DNA of 43,235 nt, taken from the NCBI GenBank assembly GCA_028865335.1, contig JAGWKK010000002.1:1-43235 (forward strand), written 5' to 3'. Origin of the DNA: Patescibacteria group bacterium. Lineage in GTDB: Bacteria; Patescibacteriota; Minisyncoccia; UBA6257; 02-FULL-45-10c. The translations under genes were made by a program, and so were the position numbers. Positions 36,706-43,235 of the stretch are shown in pieces (the stretch's first letter is position 1; every line of letters begins with the position of its first letter). Below the pieces are notes generated by a model, which did not search any database, was not told where the DNA came from, and was given only the letters and a program-made list of their open reading frames with translations.

Positions 36706-37263
36706 ATGACTACTTTATATATCGTGCTGGGAGCATTGGCAGTGTTGGTTCTGTGGGTTATCGCCGCATATAACGGCTTGGTCCGGTTGCGCAATCGGGC
36801 TCAGGAAGCGCTTTCCGACATTGATGTACAATTGAAGCGCCGCTATGACCTGATCCCGAACCTCGTGGAATCGGTGAAAGGATATATGGCGCACGAGCGG
36901 GGAGTCCTGGAGAATGTGACCAAGGCGCGTACGGCCGCCATGCAGGCAGGCGGAGATCCGCTGCAGCGCGACAAGGCCGAATCGCAGCTTTCCAATACGT
37001 TGAAAACGCTGTTCGCGGTTTCTGAAAATTATCCGGACCTCAAAGCGAACGCGAACTTTCTGGACCTCCAGCGCGAACTCGCCGACACCGAAAACAAGAT
37101 CCAGGCGTCCCGCCGGTTCTACAACACGATGGTGATGGATCTGAACACGCGCATCCAGACATTCCCGACCAACTTCATCGCATCATCATTCGGCTTCGCC
37201 GCGCAAAAATTCTTCGAGACCACCAACGCGAACGAACGCGAAGCAGTCAAGGTGCAGTTCTAA
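36706..37263 (+). CDS. lemA: LemA family protein
   Basis: N-terminal TM, YNGLVRLRN...DVQLKRRYDLIPNLVE, FYNT motif. Confidence 0.9.
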   Translation: MTTLYIVLGALAVLVLWVIAAYNGLVRLRNRAQEALSDIDVQLKRRYDLIPNLVESVKGYMAHERGVLENVTKARTAAMQAGGDPLQRDKAESQLSNTLKTLFAVSENYPDLKANANFLDLQRELADTENKIQASRRFYNTMVMDLNTRIQTFPTNFIASSFGFAAQKFFETTNANEREAVKVQF

Positions 37264-37332
37264 ATGTTCTAAATGTTCTAGATGCTCTAGATGTTCTAGC
37301 GTTCATGGTGTTCTAGTGTTAGAGTAATATCC
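37261..37332. repeat. 9-nt/7-nt stutter tract (taaatgttc x2, tagatgctc, tagatgttc ...), left flank of the four-helix-bundle gene
   Basis: Read directly; inverted relative to 37714-37777. Confidence 0.75.
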
Positions 37333-37713
37333 ATGAATCAGTACGCTGATTATAGCTTCCGAAAGCTCGAGGTTTGGAAAATGGGGATGACTCTTGTGAA
37401 TCGGATTTATGATCTAACGAGAAAGTTCCCCTCTGATGAGAAATTCTCCTTAACCTCACAAATTCGCAGGGCGGCAATCTCGATTCCATTAAATATCGCA
37501 GAGGGAAGCAACCGGAGAACAAAAAAGGATTTTGCATCCTTCGTGCGGATTGCAATCGGATCGCTTATGGAAGTTATGACTTGTCTGGAAATAGGTCTTA
37601 ACCAACACTATCTCGATAACCAAACCTACCAAACATTTGAACAATCGATCGGGGTGCTTTATTTCAAATTGATCGCCCTTGATAAATACCTGACCAAGAA
37701 AACAAACGATTAG
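37333..37713 (+). CDS. four-helix-bundle protein (23S rRNA intervening-sequence protein / Avd-like family)
   Basis: FRKLEVWK...LTRKFPSDEKFSLTSQIRRAAISIPLNIAEGS...F...A.GSL.E family signature; AT-rich. Confidence 0.85.
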   Translation: MNQYADYSFRKLEVWKMGMTLVNRIYDLTRKFPSDEKFSLTSQIRRAAISIPLNIAEGSNRRTKKDFASFVRIAIGSLMEVMTCLEIGLNQHYLDNQTYQTFEQSIGVLYFKLIALDKYLTKKTND

Positions 37714-37777
37714 AAACCCTCAGACGCTTTCAATCATTAGAACAGCTACAACAACTAGAACATTAGAACGTATCCAT
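37714..37777. repeat. stutter tract, right flank (tagaac words)
   Basis: cattagaacagctacaacaactagaacattagaacg is the inverse orientation of the left-flank gttcta words. Confidence 0.7.
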
Positions 37778-38677
37778 ATGCCTAATTTGTATACCAACAA
37801 GGAATCCAATATCCATAAGACGTGGCTGCTGTTCGCGGTCTTTCTCATGGCGGTCATCGGCATCGGCTGGGTCTTCACGCAGATCTACGGCAATCCTTCC
37901 ATTCTCATTTTCGCCGTCATCTTCAGCATCGGCATGAGCATCACCAGCTATTGGTTCTCGGATCAGATCGTCCTCCGCATGGCGAACGCCGAACCGGTCA
38001 GCCGGGAGAATGCCCGCGAGCTCTATAACGTCGTGGAAAACCTTGCGATCACCGCCGGACTTCCGACGCCGAAAATCTACATCATCAATGAAGCCGCACC
38101 GAATGCGTTTGCCACCGGGCGCGACCCGCAGCATGCGGTTGTCGCGGTGACTACCGGCCTTCTGGAGCGTTTGGACCGCTCCGAGCTGGAAGGCGTCATC
38201 GCGCACGAACTTTCGCACGTCGGCAATCGCGATATGCTTGTGTCCACCGTGGCCGTGGTGCTGATCGGCTTTCTATCCATCGCCTCCAACTTTTTCATGC
38301 GTTCGCTGTGGTGGGGCGGGGGACGGCGCGACGACCGGAACGGCGACAACGGAATTCTGCTTCTCATCGGCATCGCCTTCGCCATCCTCGCGCCGATTGT
38401 CGGAACCCTCATGCAGCTCGCCATTTCCCGCAAACGGGAATTTCTTGCCGACTCATCCGGCGCCTTGCTGACTCGCTATCCGGATGCACTCATCAGCGCA
38501 TTGGAAAAAATCTCGTCCGACCCGACGCCGCTTCCTGTCGCCAACAACACCACCGCGCACCTGTGGTTCGAAGACCCGTTCAAGGACGGTCCGCGCACCT
38601 CGTGGCTGCACAAGCTGTTCATGACGCATCCGCCGGTAGAAGAAAGAATTGCGGCACTGAAGGGGTTGAAGGTTTGA
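37778..38677 (+). CDS. htpX: zinc metalloprotease HtpX (M48)
   Basis: HELSHVGNRD (HExxH), 4 TM, C-terminal HPPVEERI. Confidence 0.92.
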   Translation: MPNLYTNKESNIHKTWLLFAVFLMAVIGIGWVFTQIYGNPSILIFAVIFSIGMSITSYWFSDQIVLRMANAEPVSRENARELYNVVENLAITAGLPTPKIYIINEAAPNAFATGRDPQHAVVAVTTGLLERLDRSELEGVIAHELSHVGNRDMLVSTVAVVLIGFLSIASNFFMRSLWWGGGRRDDRNGDNGILLLIGIAFAILAPIVGTLMQLAISRKREFLADSSGALLTRYPDALISALEKISSDPTPLPVANNTTAHLWFEDPFKDGPRTSWLHKLFMTHPPVEERIAALKGLKV

Positions 38678-38729
38678 CGAATCAAAGATAATATAGTATA
38701 CTACTCTTAGTACTAAGGAGGTGATTGTC

Positions 38730-39116
38730 ATGGCGCAAAACTCAACGAAGGCCCTTCTTAATGCGTTCGTGACGGCGACGTTCGGGCGCGGGAAAGGAGG
38801 AAACGCCTACATCCAGGTGCATATCCCGGGGGTTGGGGAGCGGTTTCTGTACAGCCCCGCTTCAACGATGCTGGAGTGCGCCAAGAGCCTCAGCAACGCG
38901 GAGCTCAGGATAGCGCTCATGCATTGTCGGGATCAGTTCAAGAAGTTCCAGACCAAGGGTCACGAAGACGACCTTCCGCCGATCTACTGCGACCTCATGA
39001 ACCAACTCGAGGAGATCGCAAAGATCAGGAACCTCGGCTGGGTCCCGACGATGGAAGAGCACAAGCGGCTCGCCAATCTCACGTGGGATCTCCCGGCGCC
39101 GAAACCGAAGCCATAG
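38730..39116 (+). CDS. hypothetical protein (128 aa)
   Basis: AAGGAGG 8 nt before ATG 38730; strong terminator downstream. Confidence 0.6.
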   Translation: MAQNSTKALLNAFVTATFGRGKGGNAYIQVHIPGVGERFLYSPASTMLECAKSLSNAELRIALMHCRDQFKKFQTKGHEDDLPPIYCDLMNQLEEIAKIRNLGWVPTMEEHKRLANLTWDLPAPKPKP

Positions 39117-39135
39117 CGCGGCGTCAGCCGCACAG

Positions 39136-39167
39136 GCCCGACTCGAAAGAGTCGGGCTTTTCTTTTT
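39136..39167 (+). terminator. intrinsic terminator
   Basis: GCCCGACTC-GAAA-GAGTCGGGC then a T-rich run. Confidence 0.75.
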
Positions 39168-39189
39168 CATCTCAGTTGCGGGAACGATA

Positions 39190-39330
39190 AAAACGATATA
39201 AACTAAGTCCTAAGCGTTCTAAGTGTTCCACTTGTTATACTTGTTCTAACGATAAACAAGTGAGCGAATGCGAGCGATAGAGCACTAGAACGAGCGCAGC
39301 GATAGAACAATTTGAACAGTGAGCACCAAA
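39190..39330. repeat. stutter tract with forward gttcta words followed by reverse tagaac words
   Basis: ctaagtc|ctaagcg|ttctaag|...|agtgagc|gaatgcg|agcgata|gagcact|agaacga|gcgcagc|gatagaa. Confidence 0.6.
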
Positions 39331-39417
39331 GGAGGGGTCGCATAGTGGCCTAGTGCACCATCTTGGAAAGGTGGCATGCCCGAAAGGGCATCGAGAGTTC
39401 GAATCTCTCCCCCTCCG
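39331..39417 (+). tRNA. tRNA-Ser (anticodon GGA), class II
   Basis: Acceptor GGAGGGG/CCCCTCC, 3-bp D-stem, anticodon stem CCATC/GGTGG with loop UUGGAAA, long variable arm ATGCCC-GAAA-GGGCAT, T-arm GAGAG-TTCGAAT-CTCTC, G73. Confidence 0.9.
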
Positions 39418-39457
39418 CAAAATTTGCAACGGCTTTATGCCGTACCAAATTTTTCTG

Positions 39458-39546
39458 GTAGGGGAGGATTCGAACCAGCCGCGAGTGAAACTTAAGTCTC
39501 TCCCCCTCCGCCTTCGCCTCGCCATAGCTCGGCTTCGGCGTGACGC
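39458..39546. other. tRNA-derived debris: T-arm-like fragment, 15-nt repeat of the tRNA-Ser 3' end, and a C/G hairpin
   Basis: GGATTCGAACCAGC at 39466-39479; TCTCTCCCCCTCCGC at 39497-39511 equals 39404-39418; hairpin CGCC-ATAGCTCGGCTTC-GGCG. Confidence 0.5.
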
Positions 39547-39706
39547 AGTCCGCCAAAGACCAGGGAGTTTTATCAAGTGACCGAGATTCAGGTTACTTAG
39601 GGTTATAACGGAAATCTTTGGCTTTTTTAGATGCCGGCTTTACACTCATCCCCAATCAGAGTACTATGACTTATAGATTAGTTCTTTGAAGCGAGGATTG
39701 AGTCCC

Positions 39707-40162
39707 ATGAAAAGAACTGAGCCATACGAATACCGGATGCAAGGGAGGCATTTGCCTTGGGAGACGGAAACTCTTTTGCAGTTGCTATTGATGGACTTGG
39801 TTGAATGCTGTGACGCGGAAACGACTGTGTGCAGAGAGCATTGGTCGGCCGATGATGCCACACACGGACAAGGCGCCGTTTTTGCATTAATAGTCCAGGA
39901 TTATTTCGGCGGCGATTTGATGAAAACAGAACTTACCGCTTTGCCGAAATACGCGCATTTGCGGAGCCACTATTTTAATCGGATCACGCATGACACAGAA
40001 GTAGATCTGGCGAGCGACCAATTTGATGAGGGAAGGGACAGGGAATTGGTGCCATGTGGGAAAGTGGCGACTCGAGAAGGCGTTTTATCGGACCCGGATA
40101 CGCGGCGAAAGTATGAAATGCTAAAGAGAAAATTGTGCCAGAAATTTAACGTGTGGGATTAA
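39707..40162 (+). CDS. YunG-like family protein
   Basis: HWS....HGQGAVFALIVQDYFGGDL ... HYFNRI...EVDLASDQF resembles B. subtilis YunG motifs (recalled from memory). Confidence 0.6.
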   Translation: MKRTEPYEYRMQGRHLPWETETLLQLLLMDLVECCDAETTVCREHWSADDATHGQGAVFALIVQDYFGGDLMKTELTALPKYAHLRSHYFNRITHDTEVDLASDQFDEGRDRELVPCGKVATREGVLSDPDTRRKYEMLKRKLCQKFNVWD

Positions 40163-40175
40163 CCTATTATAAGCA

Positions 40176-40199
40176 AGGGGCGAACGATCGCCCTTTTTT
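40176..40199 (+). terminator. intrinsic terminator
   Basis: GGGGCGA-ACGA-TCGCCCT then TTTTT. Confidence 0.7.
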
Positions 40200-40291
40200 A
40201 ATACACCGCACTCCGTTGTCCAGCAGAAGAAAACGCACATGGTATACTTTAGGTATAAAAGCCCTTTCTATTAATTAGATATATTTCATTT

Positions 40292-40543
40292 GTGCCCTCC
40301 AAAATAATCTCCTCCAGCACCGTCCACAAATTACCGGCCGACCTGCGGAAGGCGATTCTTGCGACGCCGAAAGCGCTGGCAATTTGGAACGACGTCACGC
40401 CGCTCGCGCGCAGCGAGTGGATCTGCTGGGTCACGTCAGGCAAGAAAGCCGAGACGCGGGGAATCCGCATCAAAAAAGCGCTTTCAAAAATGAAAGGCGG
40501 CATGCGCCGTCCGTGCTGCTGGGCCGGCTGTCCGCATCGGTAA
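40292..40543 (+). CDS. YdeI/OmpD-associated (OmdA-like) small protein (GTG start, 83 aa)
   Basis: LPADLRKAILATPKALAIWNDVTPLARSEWICWV...KKAETR..RI.KA family pattern; C-terminal CCWAGCPH. Confidence 0.6.
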   Translation: MPSKIISSSTVHKLPADLRKAILATPKALAIWNDVTPLARSEWICWVTSGKKAETRGIRIKKALSKMKGGMRRPCCWAGCPHR

Positions 40544-40574
40544 CCTTTTCGCAGAATCAGTGTCCGACAAAAAA

Positions 40575-41111
40575 TCACCTTTGAGGGTGATTTTGCTTTT
40601 CATGGCGCCTATAGTCGATTTCCCAGCAATGGAAATCTTCAGAAGGCGGGAAGGCGAGGATATCGGTGCGCCGGATCGGGATTTTGCCCGTAAAAGTTAT
40701 TTCAATCAGCTGGGCTCCGATAACCGAACGGAAGACGGTTCTCTTCACTTCCGGGAGGAGCGAATCGTCCGGACCGGAATACTGCGGCTCCTGCGGATGC
40801 GGATATCCGGTGATCGCGTAGTGCTGTCGACCATCCCGATATTCCCGGTAATAGGCGATAGTCCAACGGATATCGAACAGATCGCTGTCGTACTTATGCA
40901 ATACAGCCGCCGCTTTTCCGTCGATGATGACACGCATGCCGCGGGCGACGAATTTTAGGGAAAGCTTCTTTCCCCTCATATTTTCATTCACGTGCACTGA
41001 CCCGCCGCTTGATCCCTTGTCGCGGATATAGATGTATTCCAGAGGGAAATTCCTGATTGCCCACGCCAGCATCCCGCGATATTTTTTCGGAGGAAGTTCG
41101 TATTGTTCCAT
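40575..41111 (-). CDS. hypothetical protein (178 aa)
   Basis: GGGAGAG before ATG 41111; more protein-like than the overlapping plus-strand ORF; function unknown. Confidence 0.45.
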   Translation of the reverse strand: MEQYELPPKKYRGMLAWAIRNFPLEYIYIRDKGSSGGSVHVNENMRGKKLSLKFVARGMRVIIDGKAAAVLHKYDSDLFDIRWTIAYYREYRDGRQHYAITGYPHPQEPQYSGPDDSLLPEVKRTVFRSVIGAQLIEITFTGKIPIRRTDILAFPPSEDFHCWEIDYRRHEKQNHPQR

Positions 41112-41265
41112 GACTCTCCCTGCCGCTATGTTCTTTTTCCACGATAGCACGGCCGCAACAAAAAACAACTTGTGCTGAAATTTCCACGGGAAAGATGCTC
41201 CGTTGTGAACTTGCCGAAGCCCCTGCTTCGCGCTAAAATGAGTGTAATTAATACCCATAATCCCT

Positions 41266-41838
41266 ATGCCGAAATTTGAACACATGGGCAGGCAAGCGCC
41301 GAAAGAGGAGCAGGTGAAGAGGTTGGATGCGGAAGAAGCGCACAAAGAGGCGAATATGCTTCGCGCGAGCATGAAGATGGATCCGGAAACCGGAAAAATC
41401 CTGAAGGAAAAGCCGGGACGGGAATATGGCGAGCCGCGGAAATGGATTGAAAAACGGGCGACTGCCAAAGATTACCGCGTTGCGGAAAAAGCGCTGAATG
41501 ACCTCGAAGAGCTGGCGGAAAAGGATCCGGAATTGTTGGTCAAGCTGTCCCAATACGCCCAATCTTCGGCACTCGGAGTCATTGCTCCGTTCGTCGTGTT
41601 GGATAGCGTTCTCGGCGGACCGATGTCCCATTTGGAAAAAACCCTCGAGCAATGGAGGGGCGAAAAGCCCGATCAGGAAAAACCGGAAGAGGGGTCGTTT
41701 GCCGAAGCCGTCTTCCGTCTTAAGAAAATGAAGGATCAGATATTCTCCGATGCGCGCAGCCAACTTGAACGCTTGGAAGAAGCGGGCGAAAAATTCGGTG
41801 AACAGGAATCTGAGCAGGAAAAAGTCGAAACAAATTAA
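41266..41838 (+). CDS. hypothetical acidic/coiled protein (190 aa)
   Basis: Clean ORF divergent from 41111; no motif recognised. Confidence 0.55.
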   Translation: MPKFEHMGRQAPKEEQVKRLDAEEAHKEANMLRASMKMDPETGKILKEKPGREYGEPRKWIEKRATAKDYRVAEKALNDLEELAEKDPELLVKLSQYAQSSALGVIAPFVVLDSVLGGPMSHLEKTLEQWRGEKPDQEKPEEGSFAEAVFRLKKMKDQIFSDARSQLERLEEAGEKFGEQESEQEKVETN

Positions 41839-41849
41839 TTTTCATCCCT

Positions 41850-42080
41850 ATGCCCTCATTCATTACTCATCCGTCAGTGCTGGTCGTCGCCCTCATCGTG
41901 CTTTGGACACTGCCGTGGAAAGGAGTCGCGCTCTGGAAGGCCGCCCGCAAGAATGACCAGTGGTGGTTCATTGCCCTGCTGATCATCAATACGCTCGCCG
42001 CACTGGAAATCCTGTATATCTTCATCTTCAGCGAACGGAAATCGCTGAACCAGCCGAAAGACGGAACGCCGACAGCGTAA
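41850..42080 (+). CDS. DUF5652-like small membrane protein
   Basis: LPWKGVALWKAARKNDQWWFIALLIINTLAALEILYIF pattern, common in CPR genomes (recalled). Confidence 0.65.
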   Translation: MPSFITHPSVLVVALIVLWTLPWKGVALWKAARKNDQWWFIALLIINTLAALEILYIFIFSERKSLNQPKDGTPTA

Positions 42081-42083
42081 GAA

Positions 42084-42106
42084 AATCCCCCCAACGGGGG
42101 ATTTTT
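42084..42106 (+). terminator. intrinsic terminator
   Basis: AATCCCC-CCAA-CGGGGGATT then TTTT. Confidence 0.7.
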
Positions 42107-42198
42107 GTTTCTACGTCCCGAATGCCGTAAAGAAAGGCGGAGTTCCTCAACAACCCCCCGTTTTATACTTTTGGTTTTTAGCTTTATACTTATGGAAT

Positions 42199-43173
42199 AT
42201 GGCAAATCTCATGTACGACTCGCTGAAGAATTTCTATCAGCAGTTCACCTATGTGCCGACCGTCGAAGGCGGCAAGAAGCTGAAGAAATATCCGACGTAT
42301 ATCGTTGTCGGCATGGGCGGGTCCAACCTGACTCCCGGCCTTCTGGCGCTCGCGAAACCCGAACTGCAGATCTATTCCCATCGGAACTACGGACTTCCGG
42401 CGCTTCCGAAGAAAACATTGTCGCAGAGCCTGGTCATCGCAAGCTCCTATTCCGGGAATACCGAAGAAACCATCGATGCGTTCCAGAAAGCCGTGAAGGC
42501 GAAAATTCCGGTCGTGGCGGTCACTACCGGCGGCAAGCTTCTGGATCTCGCGCACAAGTTCAAAAAACCGTTCGTGCAGATGCCGCGGGGCATCCAGCCG
42601 CGCACCGCGATGGGATACAGTCTTCTCGCAATTGCAAAAGTGATGGGCGAACAGAGCATCTTGCGCGAAGCTTCCGCACTGGCGACCAGCCTGAAATCCA
42701 GCGAGTTCGAGCGTGCGGGGAAGACCCTTGCGCGCAAACTCAAAGGCAACGTCCCGGTCATCTATGCTTCCCAACGGAACGGTGCGCTCGCGTATAACTG
42801 GAAAATCCGCATGAATGAGACCGGCAAAATTCCGGCGTTCTCTTCGGTATTCCCGGAGCTCAATCATAGTGAAATGACTGGTTTCGACGTGAAGGAAACG
42901 ACCCGCGACCTGTCCCAGAAATTCTTCTTCGTTTTCCTGAAGGATCCGAGCGACAACCCGCGCATCCTGAAGCGCATGAATGTCACCGAGCGCCTGTATC
43001 GGGAACGGGGATTATCTTGCGACGTGGTGATTGTCAACGGCAAATCGCCGCTTCAAAAAGCATTTTCTTCCATTCACATTGCCGACTGGACCGCCTACTA
43101 CCTCGCCAAAGAATACGGCGTGGATCCGGAAAACGTCCCGCTTGTGGAGGAATTCAAGAAGCTGATCAAATAG
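42199..43173 (+). CDS. pgi: bifunctional phosphoglucose/phosphomannose isomerase (SIS domain)
   Basis: VVGMGGSNL and ASSYSGNTEETI SIS motifs; 324 aa, as in the archaeal/bacterial PGI/PMI family. Confidence 0.8.
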   Translation: MANLMYDSLKNFYQQFTYVPTVEGGKKLKKYPTYIVVGMGGSNLTPGLLALAKPELQIYSHRNYGLPALPKKTLSQSLVIASSYSGNTEETIDAFQKAVKAKIPVVAVTTGGKLLDLAHKFKKPFVQMPRGIQPRTAMGYSLLAIAKVMGEQSILREASALATSLKSSEFERAGKTLARKLKGNVPVIYASQRNGALAYNWKIRMNETGKIPAFSSVFPELNHSEMTGFDVKETTRDLSQKFFFVFLKDPSDNPRILKRMNVTERLYRERGLSCDVVIVNGKSPLQKAFSSIHIADWTAYYLAKEYGVDPENVPLVEEFKKLIK

Positions 43174-43197
43174 ATCGCCTTCCCTGGTCTTCATTTA

Positions 43198-43235
43198 TCT
43201 CCTATTATCCGTGCATATGCACGGATAATAGGAGA
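43198..43235. repeat. perfect 38-nt palindrome at the window edge
   Basis: TCTCCTATTATCCGTGCAT|ATGCACGGATAATAGGAGA, 19-bp arms, no mismatch; may extend past the window. Confidence 0.9.

Noticed and set aside
37333-37713. Diversity-generating retroelement (Avd-like protein)
   Set aside because: No reverse transcriptase and no template/variable repeat pair occur anywhere in the window.
40560-40958. 132-aa plus-strand ORF
   Set aside because: It overlaps the minus-strand ORF 40575..41111, which has a better RBS and a more protein-like composition. Neither is certain.

Overview
This window reads as a compact, roughly 55% GC bacterial genome, probably CPR/Patescibacteria-like. That placement is an inference from a DUF5652-type membrane protein, a short fmt, a long ThyX, a truncated ATP synthase epsilon and many orphan genes. 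All calls rest on motifs read by eye; no database search or folding was run.

Housekeeping blocks:
- obg and an RsuA/RluF-type pseudouridine synthase
- a complete F-type ATP synthase operon, 4104-10163 (atpZ-like, a, c, b-delta fusion, alpha, gamma, beta, short epsilon)
- an MFS efflux pump with two HlyD-type adaptors
- def-fmt, thpR, an S41 protease and rpmA
- groES-groEL
- a dTMP cluster (dCMP deaminase, thyX, glyA)
- lemA, a four-helix-bundle gene and htpX
- pgi/pmi
- two tRNAs, Gln-CUG and Ser-GGA

Accessory material and main findings:
1. An orphan-gene island at about 20.3-28.8 kb is rich in nuclease folds. It carries two paralogous minimal clan-CD (caspase/legumain-like) proteases next to tiny membrane proteins. 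Part of it is bracketed by inverted arms of a phased heptamer repeat.
2. Two promoter-to-terminator structured RNA candidates share a roughly 41-nt module with compensatory stem changes.
3. A GIY-YIG ORF sits between an orphaned 5' half and an intact copy of tRNA-Gln, and its stop codon lies inside the tRNA.
4. A family of intergenic 7-nt (sometimes 9-nt) 'stutter' tracts recurs across the window, some forming inverted flanks around cargo.
5. C-rich/G-rich hairpins and tRNA-like debris cluster at the tRNA loci.

No CRISPR array, rRNA gene, transposase or integrase was seen.
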